A stretch of 64,000 bases of DNA from Octopus bimaculoides (Eukaryota): positions 84,031,721-84,095,720 of the forward strand of contig NC_068988.1 of the NCBI RefSeq assembly GCF_001194135.2. Direction: 5' to 3'. Under the pieces are notes generated by a model. That model did no database searches and had not been told where the DNA came from. It worked only from the letters and a program-made list of their open reading frames with translations. The position numbers were made by a program, and so were the translations under genes. Below, one piece after another: positions 37,141 through 50,887 of the stretch; the first letter of the stretch is position 1, and each line of letters begins with the position of its first letter.

Positions 37141-37860
37141 ACTTTACTTTCTTTTTATGGCTCTTTTAATGTTCACTCTTCTATCTTCTTATGTTTTAGT
37201 CTGTGAACTGTGTATTTACTTTAGCTTTCATTGTTGTCTTTCTTTACTTGACTTATGGCAGCTTTCTGTCTTCTCTTAACATTTCCCAACAAGTTGTAGT
37301 GCACTTCTGCACTCTGATCAGTTCGTTAATGTGGGTCCAATATGGCTGTGTGTATAAATAACAACAGCACTACTCCATGTGTGTGTGTGTGATAAGTACT
37401 TTAATAGGGCCATAGTAAACCTTTTAGTGGGTCAGCAGCTGATAAGGGCTGAATAGTTTTGCTATTTTTATATATGCAAGGTTGCCATGGAGATCATCAG
37501 ACGTGGTTTATATCAAGTGACTTTCATGTTTAAGGTTATGCTTAGGCAAATGGAGTTAGGATTACATTTGATTATAATTTATGACTAAAAGTAAGAGATT
37601 GGAATCTAGGTTAAAGTTTGGATTCAAATTTATGATTTCAGCTAAGGATAGTATTTAAGGTGTAGGTTTGGGTTTTAAGGCTAAAGAGCATGGTTAAGCT
37701 TTAAGGTAACAGTTTAGGTAAATATTATTCAGTGAGACTGCTGTGGGGACAAGTAAGCAACTAATGTTTCTATTATGATTGAACACATTGGTCTATGGGA
37801 GTATAATTGCACACAAAACCTGTTAATGATGCATGTACATTCACACACATACATCTGTTT

Positions 37861-37927
<67 letters not shown>

Positions 37928-37952
37928 TATAAATATATACATAGTGTATATA

Positions 37953-38270
37953 GTGCATGGCTCAGTGGTTAGAGTGTCAAGCTTACGATCGTGAGGTTGT
38001 GAGTTTGATTCCCAGACTAGGCTGTGTGTTGTGTTATTGAGCAAGACACTTTATTTCATGCTGCTCCAGTTCACTCAGCCGCAGAAATGAGTTACGACAT
38101 TACAGGTGCCAAGCTGTATCAGTCTTTGCCTTTCCCTTGGATGACACTGGTGGCGTGGAGAGGAGATGCATGGGCGACTGCTGGTCTTCCATAAACAACC
38201 TTGTCTGGACTTGTGCCTGGGAGGGTAACTTTCTAGGTGCAATCCCATGGTCAGTCATGAGTGAAGGGGG
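37953..38270 (+). mobile_element. tRNA-headed SINE family D (CORE-like ttgagcaagacact...ctccagttcactcagc)
   Basis: A-box tggctcagtggttag and B-box gagtttgattccc; follows (TA)n. Confidence 0.7.
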
Positions 38271-38549
38271 TATATCATCATCATTTAACGTCCGTTGTCC
38301 ATGTGGCATGGGTTGGATGGTTTGACCAGGCTGGCATACTGGAAGGCTGGACCAGACTTCAGTCTGATTTGGTATGGTTTTCTCTGGCTGGATGCCCTTC
38401 CTAACACCAACCATTCCAAGAGTGTAATGGGTGCTTTTACATGCCACCAGTGCAGGTGCCATATGCATGACACCAGGATGCTTTTACATGCCAGTGGCAC
38501 AGGTGCCAATTTGTGTGATACCGGTATCTATATGTGTGTGTGTGTGTGT

Positions 38550-38580
<31 letters not shown>

Positions 38581-39190
38581 AGCGTGCGCGCGCGTGTGTA
38601 TGCACACATGCATGAATACACATTTTGCGTGATCTATGAAACTGAAAAACACATTCAAATAGTGTCATTTGTTTCCAGTTCTCTATGTAACAATGTCAAG
38701 TCATTTGTTCAATAAACTGGAGGATTATTACCTTGCTTGGAAAGAGGTGAAGGTTAGTGGCAGGAAGGGCATCTGTTCCAACATAGTCCCATCTGACCCA
38801 TGCAAGCATGGAAAAGTAGTCTTTATGATGATGATGATTGATACATACGTACGTATGTATGTAGATACGTACATACGTACGTATGCACGTACATACATAT
38901 GTAAGTACGTACGTAAGCACACACGAGGTTTCAGATGTAATGTGCATGAGAGAAAATGGGTATCTGATTTGAATAGAAGATGGCAGTTGCTTATAGCAGT
39001 ACTGAGCACTCATAGTGGATGAAACCTGTAGAAGAGGGACACCTAAGCATAGTATGAAGTGGTAAGGAGTGATCCCAAGGTGTTGAATCTCACAAAGGAG
39101 ATGACAAAACTTATGATGAGTGGTGGTGCGTGCTGGAGAAGATCAATCAACCCACCTATGCAAACATTGCAAAATGCACTAAAAGGGTGG
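38270..39190. mobile_element. Cluster of RTE-X 3' fragments in both orientations, with microsatellites
   Basis: Minus-strand tail at 38275-38510, plus-strand tail at ~38740-38835, and ORF-end fragment at ~38940-39190. Confidence 0.6.
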
Positions 39191-39639
39191 TAGCTATGGA
39201 GACAGGGCAGTGCAATATATTTACATTTAGGTCTCTTACCCAGTATGCTCTTGTTAAGTCTCCTACACCTTCTCCTTTTATTACCTTCTCATCGCTGTAC
39301 CATGGTGCCTGTGTAACAAAGAATGACACCAGATATGTTCATACTCAGTGCCTTTTGTACAACCACTCTTCCATCTCAACACCTGTGTAATGAGGGCTGG
39401 CATTGTCTTTCTTTCCATTCACTATCCCCTACCATTACTCTTATGTACTGCTAGCAATCACGCCTATTCTTCCAGGTTACTCACATTACATCTATTACTG
39501 GGTCTTTCCTTCTATCACCCATCATTATTGCTATCCATCATTTTAGAATATACAGTATACCTCAGATAGACCATACAATGTTGGTAGACTTGCTTCTATC
39601 TTCCTTTTATTAAATGTACTTTGAGAATGTTTTCTGAGT

Positions 39640-39937
39640 CAGGGGTTTTCAAACTTTTTGACTTGCAGACCCCTTTATATTTCAGGCTTCACCTTAGGGA
39701 CCCCCTTATAAACGCTTATGAAATTTATACATAAATATTTGCTTAAAATAACATATATTTTTACATTTATTTATTTCACAGTATTTAACAAATAGGTTTA
39801 TTGTCAATTAAAAGATTTCGATTAAGAAAAACATATATAAAATCAAATTGCCCATTAAAAGTATTTGCTGTCTATGGACCCCCGTCTTGCCCTTGCGGAC
39901 CCCCTGTGGTCCGGGGACCACAGTTTGAAAACCCCTG
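39640..39937. mobile_element. hAT-Charlie-type MITE (298 bp)
   Basis: Perfect 16-bp TIRs CAGGGGTTTTCAAACT / AGTTTGAAAACCCCTG. TSD TTCTGAGT at 39632-39639 and 39938-39945. Confidence 0.93.
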
Positions 39938-40883
39938 TTCTGAGTGACGTTGTTTGAAATAGTCCATATATAAGTATAGTTTGAAATGAATTTTCTGTTA
40001 AGTTTTTACATGGCACCGGCATGTTTTCTCTCTCTCTCACTACTCCATCTCTACTCATTGTTGACATACATCACCTTTTTCTTCTCCATCCCACACTCAT
40101 GCTGTGTTTCTATTCAATTCTCTTACCAGCAAACAACATATAGCTGCCATAACTGTCTTTCTTCTTTCTTCCTCTCTTTCTGATTTGTCTGCCCCCCCCC
40201 CCCTTTATTCACTTTCTTGATCAGTAACTCCAGTTAAGAACTGATTTGGTTTGTAAGGATCTGTCCAACTTATGTTAGCAATGAGTCATGTCCCTTGTAT
40301 AACCTGTGTACAACCAACTACATCATGTATCAGGCCACAATACATGTAAAAATGGTAGCACAATGTCTTACAGAAAATTTATAACAAACTATACTTATAT
40401 ATGAATTATTTCAAACAACATCACTAAGAAAACATTCTCAAAGTACATTTAGTAAAAGAAAGGTAGAAGCAAGTCTACCAACATTGAATAGTCTATCTTA
40501 GGTTGAGCCACTGCATACAGTCTATTTGATTGAAAAATATTATATTTTACTAGTTGTAAGGCAGCGAAAAAGAAAGAAAAAAAACATGATTTATGAATGA
40601 TTCCAGAAAGTAATATATATATGTAACAAGCAAAGTAGCTAGTTAGAAAATCTCAATTAGAAATGAAAGTTGTAACAATACTGAGAAGCAATGTTTATCA
40701 CCACATCAATATGGCTGTTCAACATTACTACTGTTTAACCTCAGGCAGAGCTTCTGCCAGCTGGTTTTCAGTAGAATCTGCACCTCTGGATTATCAGCTC
40801 CGGTCGAACAGTCCAACAAATGTCAGCATGGAGAGTGGACATTAAATGATGATGATGATGATATATATATATATATATATATC

Positions 40884-41225
40884 GTTGCCAGTACTGCCGG
40901 ACTGGCCTACGTAGGATTTTCGAGCGAGATCGTTGTCAGTGCCCCTGGACTGGTTCTTGTGCGGGTGGCACATAAAATACACCATTTTGAGCGTGGCCGT
41001 TGCCAGTACCGCCTGACTGGCCTTCGTGCGGGTGACACGTAAAAGCACCCACTACACTCTCTGAGCGGTTGGCGTTAGGAAGGGCATCCAGCTGTAGAAA
41101 CTCTGCCAAATCAGATTGGAGCCAGGTGTAGCCATCTGGTTTCACCAGTCCTCAGTCAAATCGTCCAACCCATGCTAGCATGGAAAGCGGACGTTAAACG
41201 AAGATGATGATGATGATGATGATAT
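40884..41225 (+). mobile_element. RTE-X 3' UTR copy, young subfamily
   Basis: Nearly identical to 58785-58940 and to the reverse complement of 49940-50160; (GAT)n tail. Confidence 0.85.
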
Positions 41226-41509
41226 ATATATTCATTGTTATCATCTTCATTGTTTTAATGCCCATGTTTCCATGCTTGCATGGTTCAGATAGAATTTATT
41301 GAGGTAGATTTTCAACAGCAGGATACCCTTCCTGACGTTGAACCCTAACCTGTTTCCAAGCAAAGTAATGTTTTCTCATGTTGAGACAATTTTTTGCAGA
41401 ATATTGGAAATGAATAACACCACCTGTATGACAGTGACAGTCATTTACGATTATCATGCAATGTCAAAACAAAGAGACATAAACATGCACACATCCACAT
41501 ACATATATA

Positions 41510-41680
41510 TAACAGGCTTCTTTCAGTTTCTGTCTAACACATCCACTCACAGTGATTTGGTCTGCCTAGGGCCATAATAGCAGACACATGCCCAAGGTGC
41601 CACACAGTAGGACAGTAGGATTGAACCAAAAACCATGTGGTTGGGAAGTAAACATTTTAACCACATAGCCATGCCTGCAT
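41510..41680 (-). mobile_element. SINE family B 5' half, diverged
   Basis: ggcttctttcagtttc...tgcccaaggtgccac...accatgtggttgggaag. Confidence 0.7.
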
Positions 41681-42373
41681 CTTCATTTATATATATACAT
41701 ACACACACATGTATATATATGGCTACTGTGATTGTTGAGTATATAAACAGATTGGCTTTTTGCTTCTCTGGATTGATCAAACTGATGTAGAACCCACTGA
41801 TGAGAATCCAATTAGATTTGAAAATCAATTAAGGTTGTTCATCATGTTTTCAATCTACAGAGAAACTGCCTAATTAGCCATGTTTATAAAGGCACTATAT
41901 AAGTTATATATACAAATATATATATATAATCATCCTCATCATCATTTAATGTCTGTTTTCCATGCTGGCATGGGTTGGACAGTTTGATAGGAGCCAGCAA
42001 GCCAGAGGGCTGCACTAGCACAGGTGCTTTCTGTGTGATACTGGTACCAGCGAGGTTCCCAAGTAACTAGCAAGACAAAGACCTCTTGGTTGAGAGAGGG
42101 AGTGGAACTGAGAGAAGGGGCAGTGTGCCTGGTGAGAGGTTAGAGTATGACAGAGGGACAGAGATAGTTGTCTTACAACAGAGGAGACACTTGGCTACCC
42201 AAGTAGAACAAGGAAAGAGAAGAAAGGTGAGAGAAGGATAGAGAGTTAGAGTGGGTGTGTGTGTGTGAGAGAGAGAAAGAGAGAAAAAGAGATGATGGTG
42301 GAGATGCATTAGGGCCTACATACAGGGAACAGTGTTAGGGAGAGTATAATTATATATAGTTATATATATATAT

Positions 42374-42762
42374 ATGCGCTGGTATGGACATGTGGTGAGA
42401 ATGGAGGAGGATAGCTGTGTGAAAAAGTGCCTAACAGTTGAGGGAACCCGTGGAAGAGGTAGGCCCAGGAAGACCTGGGCTGAGGTGGTGAGGCAAGACC
42501 TTCGTACATTGGGCCTCACCGAGGCGATGACTACTGACCGAGACCTTTGGAAATGTGCTGTGCGTGAGAAGACCCGGCAAGCCAAGTAAGATCGTTGCCA
42601 GTGCCCCTGGACTGGTTCTTGTGCGGGTGGCACATGAGATGCACCATTTTGAGCGTGGCCGTTGCCAGTACCGCCTGACTGGCTCCTGTAGGATTTTCAA
42701 GCGAGATCGTTGCCAGCGCCCCTGGACTGGCTTGTGCGGGTAGCACATAAAAGACACCATTT
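42374..42762 (+). mobile_element. RTE-X LINE 3' end (ORF2 terminus plus internally repeated UTR), running into a gap
   Basis: RWYGHVVRMEEDSCVKKC...GRGRPRKTWAEVV...DRDLWKCAVREKTRQAK*. Confidence 0.88.
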
Positions 42763-43721
42763 NNNNNNNNNNNNNNNNNNNNNNNNNNNNNNNNNNNNNN
42801 NNNNNNNNNNNNNNNNNNNNNNNNNNNNNNNNNNNNNNNNNNNNNNNNNNNNNNNNNNNNNNNNNNNNNNNNNNNNNNNNNNNNNNNNNNNNNNNNNNNN
42901 NNNNNNNNNNNNNNNNNNNNNNNNNNNNNNNNNNNNNNNNNNNNNNNNNNNNNNNNNNNNNNNNNNNNNNNNNNNNNNNNNNNNNNNNNNNNNNNNNNNN
43001 NNNNNNNNNNNNNNNNNNNNNNNNNNNNNNNNNNNNNNNNNNNNNNNNNNNNNNNNNNNNNNNNNNNNNNNNNNNNNNNNNNNNNNNNNNNNNNNNNNNN
43101 NNNNNNNNNNNNNNNNNNNNNNNNNNNNNNNNNNNNNNNNNNNNNNNNNNNNNNNNNNNNNNNNNNNNNNNNNNNNNNNNNNNNNNNNNNNNNNNNNNNN
43201 NNNNNNNNNNNNNNNNNNNNNNNNNNNNNNNNNNNNNNNNNNNNNNNNNNNNNNNNNNNNNNNNNNNNNNNNNNNNNNNNNNNNNNNNNNNNNNNNNNNN
43301 NNNNNNNNNNNNNNNNNNNNNNNNNNNNNNNNNNNNNNNNNNNNNNNNNNNNNNNNNNNNNNNNNNNNNNNNNNNNNNNNNNNNNNNNNNNNNNNNNNNN
43401 NNNNNNNNNNNNNNNNNNNNNNNNNNNNNNNNNNNNNNNNNNNNNNNNNNNNNNNNNNNNNNNNNNNNNNNNNNNNNNNNNNNNNNNNNNNNNNNNNNNN
43501 NNNNNNNNNNNNNNNNNNNNNNNNNNNNNNNNNNNNNNNNNNNNNNNNNNNNNNNNNNNNNNNNNNNNNNNNNNNNNNNNNNNNNNNNNNNNNNNNNNNN
43601 NNNNNNNNNNNNNNNNNNNNNNNNNNNNNNNNNNNNNNNNNNNNNNNNNNNNNNNNNNNNNNNNNNNNNNNNNNNNNNNNNNNNNNNNNNNNNNNNNNNN
43701 NNNNNNNNNNNNNNNNNNNNN

Positions 43722-44083
43722 GTGGTTAGGGCAGCGGACTCGCGATCATAGGATCGCGGTTTCGATTCCTAGACCGGGGGTTTTGAGTGTTTATTGAGCG
43801 AAAACACCTAAAGCTCCACGAGGCTCCGGCAGGGAATGGTGGCGAACCCTGCTGTACTCATTCACCACAACTTTCTCTCACTCTTACTTCCTGTTTCTGT
43901 TGTGCCTGTAATTCAATGGGCCAGCCTTGTCACACTGTGTCATGCTGAATATCCCTGAGAACTACGTTAAGGTTTACACGTGTCTGTGGAGTGCTCAGCC
44001 ATTTGTACGTCAATTTCACGAGCAGGCTGTTCCGTTGATTGGATCAACTGGAACCCTCAACGTCGTAAGCGACGGAGTGCCAA
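43722..44083 (+). mobile_element. SINE family A (5' end at the gap edge)
   Basis: Matches 28871-29250. Confidence 0.9.
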
Positions 44084-44084
44084 A

Positions 44085-44128
<44 letters not shown>

Positions 44129-44326
44129 ATCTCAGTGCTCTCTTATGGCATGGGCATACTGGACAATTGTTTAGGAGTCTAGAGGCCCAATGCTAATCTA
44201 TGTATGATATTGTTGTCGATGGAGGAACTTCTGTGCATTGCTTTGCAGGGTGCCTATATTACACTTAAGGATAACTTAGGTGTGTATGTTTTGTGTGTGT
44301 GCATGCATGTGTGTGCATGTGTGTAT

Positions 44327-44396
<70 letters not shown>

Positions 44397-45135
44397 GTGT
44401 ATGGAAAATGGAAAGTGTGCATGCATTTTAGTATCACTATATTTATTTTAATAAACTGTCTCACTGAATCCCAAGAAGAATGTGTCAACAAATATTAATA
44501 TTGTAGAATCACAAAAGACTGTGTTTTGGAATTTGTTTGTGTCACATACTTAATTAATAATAAGTATGTGACAAACTAGTAAAGAAGATACCTCTACAGA
44601 GTTTCTCAACAATTTGCAAGAAATAACAGCTAAATTTCCTTCAAACACACCCTACTATCTTGATAGAAGGACATGAATATTGCAATACAAAATAGTAACA
44701 AGAAAATAAGACAGGACGGTCACCTATGAGACATCCTTGATCATAGATCTGCTGGATTGGGGCTGACAGAGGGTAAAACAACATCAGTTTCAGTTAATTA
44801 GTCTGCAGGTCCTTCTTTTTAACCTACAGTTGGTGGCCCTCAAAGTGGTAAATTGTGAATTTTATTTTTTAAAGCCATACAAGAAAGTGAAGAGAATGCA
44901 TGTAAATGGCATCAAGTGTTTTAAAAATTATTTTTTTGTAAACAATAAAGAATGATAAAAGAAAAAAATTCTACGTACTTGGAAGTCAACCGTGCTGGAA
45001 ATTAGGGGCTTGTCCCTCTTCATGGTAATAGGATTGGTAACAAACTGGGTATTGTCTTGATGAGAACCTATTCCCAAGAACACATTGTAAATGTGAGAAT
45101 TAGAAAATCTAGTCAACAGTTATGTACATGATAAA

Positions 45136-45214
<79 letters not shown>

Positions 45215-45461
45215 CACACCCCCTGGGGGTTATATATACACACACACACACATATATGAGAAGAATTTAGGTCTTAGTAGACACAAGATGTGGTCTATTT
45301 CTAGCACATTAAATGTCCACTTTAGTGGTCAACGTTATATATAAAAATATACTTTAATCCCCTGAGATCGCAGATATTGTTTCTGAATCTCTCTGATTCT
45401 TTAAATGTGCTAGCTTCCTGGTAATAAATCGATATTAATTAATATATGATTTTTTAGCCTA

Positions 45462-45512
<51 letters not shown>

Positions 45513-45605
45513 CAGAGAAAGAGAGAGATAGAGAAATAGATGGGTAGACAGATATGCATGTATATGTACGAGTGTACATATATGTATGTGTGTATGTATG
45601 TGCGC

Positions 45606-45642
<37 letters not shown>

Positions 45643-46429
45643 TAAGTCACAATATATGGATTCAAGTGATCTGGCAGTACCCATAAAAAAAAGCTCCTTA
45701 ATGTATCATTCTACAAAACATAGAGGATATATAGTCCGATACAAGAGAAAACAATGAGTGTAAAAATCATAAATGACAGAGAAATTGTTTGAGGATATAG
45801 CTTTTAAATTCTACATAATTTTGAAGGATTTTTTGCATTTTGCATTAATGCAAGTATGTAAGTAATTTATTTATTATTAAATGATTAAATGATTTACATG
45901 TTTTTAAGTTATGAAACAATTTGTTGTGATAGAATTTTCTTATAATTAAATAAAATGTCATCAAACTGTTTCTCTGCCATTTGCAGTGAAACTAAAATAG
46001 ATAAGACTATAAATAATAGTAGGGAGTATACAAAATTTTTTAAAAACCCTTGGATAAGAAAAATTTGGAAATTGTCTCTGGGACTCAAACCCACATCTTC
46101 TGTGAAGATGACTTTTTCCATTCAAGGAGTTTCTGTTTTTTTAAGCCAATATTGTACATACTATTATTTATAGCTTTATCTGTTTTGAATTCCACTGTTA
46201 AAATAAATAATTCATATTGCTCAAAGTTTTTTAATTTTCTTGCTTTCTCTCTCTCTCACTCTCTCTCTCATACACACACATGCACACACACACATAACTG
46301 AAAGCAAAGCAATAAAAATAAAGAAAAAAAACAAAACAGACCCTCCACATAAAAGCAAAAAAAAAAAAGAAACAGCACACATATTCAGCTAAAAACATCA
46401 AAGAAACAGGCTTTTCCACAAAACCAGCT

Positions 46430-46960
46430 CCAATGATGACTTGTAACTGAATGCCAGGGTGAGATAGTCCTTGCCCATACCACCCTCCTCCACAACAGCA
46501 ACAGCAACCTTCAATGAGTCCTTGGTACGATGGGGCTGCTGACCAGTCATACCTCAATAATACGCCAAGCACAGCAGTCTAGAAAGCTCAGATCAAAGCT
46601 AGAAAGCTTTATGTTACATGATCACACAGTCCTCCTAGGCCTTGCCAGACAAAAGCTATCCTCTGCTCATCACATAAAACTTATAACTGAAGTTTTCAAT
46701 CACCAGAAATCTGATACTGGATTCTTGCTTGGTGATGGCCTTCAGTGGCCTGTTGGGATTGTCGTTGATGATATCTTGAACCTGCAGGCCAAAATTGGCA
46801 TTTCTGACAGCTGAGAGTGTTTCTTAATCTTTCCTTTCAATGAAATGTCCCTGCTGAAGCCTTCAGCTCTTTCCTGACAACTGAATATGAAAGACCTAAC
46901 TGCATATAAGAAGCTAGTGATTCTCAAGCCATTGTAATTGGTGGCCAAAAGCTATGAACA
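46430..46960 (-). mobile_element. Degraded Tc1/mariner-superfamily transposase N-terminal fragment
   Basis: Minus strand VQDIINDNPNRPLKAITK...YKFYVMSRG resembles the HTH region of maT/DD37D-like transposases. Confidence 0.45.
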
Positions 46961-47145
46961 CACCATGCCTTTTCATTTTCTGTGTCAGACAGCAACCTGC
47001 TATGTTGATGCAGCAGATATGTCTAAAAGATAAAGTTATAATTTGGCACATTTACGTTGCCTCCCATTTGTGGACCGCTAAATAATTAGTTTACAAATAC
47101 CAAATGTAACCTCTGTGTGTGTGTGTGTGTGCATCTGTGTGTGTC

Positions 47146-47176
<31 letters not shown>

Positions 47177-47340
47177 TCACACACACACACACATAGACAT
47201 ATAATGTTTTAATATTTTGCTTAGGCATTGCGCGACTAATAGCCTGGTGTAGAACTCACTATACATATACTTCAGAAGTATAGAGCAGTAATAAGAAAAT
47301 GAGATGACAAAGGGATAAATGATTGTATTACGAATTTCAT

Positions 47341-47410
47341 CTGCTTACGGCTGTTTCTGCTATGCGATATAGTTGAGTGCCTGAATAGCATCTTATAGCT
47401 TCATTGGAGC
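47341..47410 (-). ncRNA. Type I minimal hammerhead-ribozyme-like motif (core mutated to CCAATGA)
   Basis: tgct-CCAATGA-agctat...atagca-GAAAC-agcc-GTA-agca; stem I tgct/agca and stem II gctat/atagc. Confidence 0.45.
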
Positions 47411-47476
47411 AATTTATTTGGGAAAGAATTATATTATTGCTTATACAGGGGATGACATCAGCTATGAGAAAGCATC

Positions 47477-47510
<34 letters not shown>

Positions 47511-47547
47511 TTGTGCATGTGCGCACATATGTGTGTGTGTGTTCAAG

Positions 47548-47626
47548 GCTCTGATGAAGCTATAAGGTGTTATTCAGGCACTCAACTATGAGTCCACTAT
47601 ATGTTATACCAGAAACAAATGTAAGC
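47548..47626 (+). ncRNA. Type I minimal hammerhead-ribozyme-like motif (core CTGATGA intact, stems degenerate)
   Basis: gct-CTGATGA-agctataa...ttatacca-GAAAC-aaat-GTA-agc; inverted paralog of 47341-47410. Confidence 0.5.
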
Positions 47627-47675
47627 TAAAGAATTTCATAAGATTAATCATTTATTCCTTTCTTATCTGTCTTTC

Positions 47676-47745
<70 letters not shown>

Positions 47746-47977
47746 ATCATCATCATTTAATGACCGTTGTCCATGCTGGCATGCTGGAAGGCTGCACTAG
47801 ATTTCTGTCTGATTTTGCATGGTTTCTACAGCTGCATACCATTCCTAATGTTAAACACTCCGAGAGTGCAATGGGTATTTTTATGTGCCAGGATCCTTTT
47901 TAAGACACTTGATGCCATTCATTTGCATTCTCTTCACTTTCTGGTATGGCTTTAAAAAATAAAATTCACAGTTTACC

Positions 47978-48045
<68 letters not shown>

Positions 48046-48068
48046 TTATTTATATATATATATATATA

Positions 48069-48620
48069 TCAGGTCATTAAGAATGAAATGTCCAATTTTG
48101 AACTGAAAGTTTATTTTACTTTATCTCAACAAAAAGCAATGCAGTTAATCAAAGTATGCACCTAAATGATCAGCACAATTTTGCCAGTTTATTGGTAGCT
48201 TATTTATGCCAGTAGTGAAGAATTCTGGAGAGCAAGAGGTGATGATATCATGAAATTTTTTTTCGCATCTTCTTCAGATTTGAAGTTTTTCCTTGGAAAA
48301 AGTTGTCTAAAGCCTGGAAACCGTGAGTGCAAGGTCTGGTGAATATGGTGGATGACAGAGTACTTCCAAGTTCAGTTCCTGTAACTTGAGTAGCATTCTT
48401 TGTGCAACATGTTATCAAGCATTGTCTTGCAAGAGAATTGGTCTGTCTCTATTGACCAATCTCTGTTTAATTACAAGTTCATTCATCATTTCATCCAGTT
48501 GATTGATGTATACATCTGCTGTAATTGACTTACCAGGTCTCATGAAGCTGTAATGAATGATACCAGCGCTGGACTACTAAACAGACACCAGTAAAATTTT
48601 TTGGTGAATATTCTTTTTTG
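48069..48620 (-). mobile_element. Mariner (HSMAR/SETMAR-like) 3' remnant inserted at (TA)n
   Basis: SAGIIHYSFMRPGKSITADVYINQLDEM...PILLQDNA...EVLCHPPYSPDLA; TIR-like tcaggtcatt next to (TA)n. Confidence 0.8.
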
Positions 48621-49629
48621 GATTGTATTTTGGCACTTCGTCTCTATCCGACCACTGTGCAGAATGCTTGCAGGTGTTGAAAAGAATCCATTTTTCATCA
48701 AACGTAACCATACGATGCAAAAATAGTTTGCTTTTATGTCATGATAGCAAAGAGCAGCAAGTTTCAAGATGATTTTTATTTCTTTTCCCTTACTGAAAAT
48801 CATATGGGGGAAATGATCAATAGGGGTGGGGGTGAAATTTCTGAGGCTTCAACCTCACCTCACCCCATTTTTCGGACCCAAAAAAGGGTTTTGTAGCACA
48901 TTAGGAGGTCACAGGAATTCATTCAACAAAAAAAAAAAAATTTCCAATGATTCCTATTCCCTTCCTCGCCCTACTGACCTTTTTTCCGAACCAAAATAAG
49001 GGATTTGTAGCACATAAGGAGGTCAGGATATTTAATTCCACACAAAAAATCCGAGTTTTTTTCTTTTTTCTTGGTGAAAATCATGCGGGTGTTAATCTAA
49101 AAATTTACCCTTTGTTTTTCTTTCTTGCCATTGCTAGACAGGTGACTTAACTCATATTAGCAAACTTACGGATTTCACCAAAGTGGAAATTGGTAAAAGT
49201 TATGGTTTTCAATCAAATTTTACTACTATCCACAGCTGCCTCAGGGAAAATAAGTTGACAAAAAACACAGCCATGATCGTGACCAATGTCCTAAAATTGG
49301 AGCGACATGCGTGCTAATTTGTGCACGTGCATAAATTACATTCGCGTACACACATACACCCTGCCTTCCATAGATAGATAGATAAATAAGTGACTTTAAA
49401 TAAATATATTTTAATTGTTATGTGAGAAAGTATACATAACCTGATTATAAAATATAGTGTCTTTCAAAAACATCCTAAATTTGAAAACTATATCTCATTT
49501 TACATTTTTATTTTTGATGAACGCTGTTAGTTACTCTCTCTCCCTCACATACACACACACACACACAAATGTACACATACATCAACACATAACTTCTCTC
49601 TCTTCTTCACACACTTTCACTCTTCTATG

Positions 49630-49940
49630 GTATGTATTTATGCATGTATATATGCATGTATATATATATATATATATATGTATGTATATATAAACAGGTA
49701 TATACATACATGTACATATATATATATATACACATGCATATATATATATATATATATATATACATGCATATATATATATATACATGTATATGTATATATA
49801 TATATATGTATATACATTCATATGTATATACATGTGTGTGTGTATATATATATATATATGTTTATATATATATATATATATATATGCATATATATATATA
49901 TATATGTATATATATATTTATATATGTACACATATATATA
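49630..49940. repeat. Complex (TA)n/(TATG)n tract
   Basis: Directly visible. Confidence 0.95.
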
Positions 49941-50370
49941 TCATCATCATCATCGTTTAACGTCTGCTTTCCATGCTAGCATGGGCTGGACGATTTGACT
50001 GAGGACTGGCGAACCAGATGGCTACATCAGGCTTCAATCTGATTTGGCAGAGTTTCTACACCTGGATGCCCTTCCTAACGCCAACCACTCTGAGGGTGTA
50101 GTGGGTGCTTTTACGTACCACCAGCACGATTGCCAGTTAGGCGGTACTGGCAACAGCCACACTCAAAATGGTGTATTTTACGTGCCACCTGCACATGAGC
50201 CAGTCTAGTGGCACTGGCAATGACCTCGTTCGAATATCTTTCTCCGTGCCACTGGCACAAGTGCCAGGAAGGTGACGCTGGTAACGATCATGCTCAAATG
50301 GCGCTATTTACGTGCCACTGGCATGGAAGCCAGACAGCTGCTCTGGCAGAGATCACGCTCGGACGGCGCT
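49940..50370 (-). mobile_element. RTE-X 3' UTR copy
   Basis: Begins with tcatcatcatcatcgtttaacgtc (the tail); reverse complement of 40884-41225. Confidence 0.85.
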
Positions 50371-50378
50371 CTTATATA

Positions 50379-50454
<76 letters not shown>

Positions 50455-50887
50455 TTATATGTGTATACACACACATATATATATATATATTGAAGCTATT
50501 CCTTATAGGTATAAAGATACCATAAACAAGTATAAAAATGGAGAAAATATGTTAAAATCAAAATTGAATTCAATACATACGCATGTTTCAAAAGACAATA
50601 CAATTGTTTAAGAAAAGAAAATAATAATAATAAAAATTATAACTAGAGTTATGCATTGTCGTTCTCATCAGTGTGAAGAATTTTTAGGAAGAACATCAAA
50701 AAAGTTACTAATAAAATTCAATAAGGAAAAACAGATGTGTGCATGTATATATATGTATTGTATGTGTGTATGTGTAGCTATGTACGTGTTCTGTGTGTAT
50801 CTATGTATATATATATACATATATGTTGTGTGTATGTGTATGTGTATATATATATATATATATGTATGTATTTCCATGTGTATAATC

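Noticed and set aside
37540-37720. Degenerate GGTTA-rich tract as an interstitial telomere (also ~36020-36090)
   Set aside because: No perfect tandem TTAGGG units; too degenerate to distinguish from low-complexity sequence.
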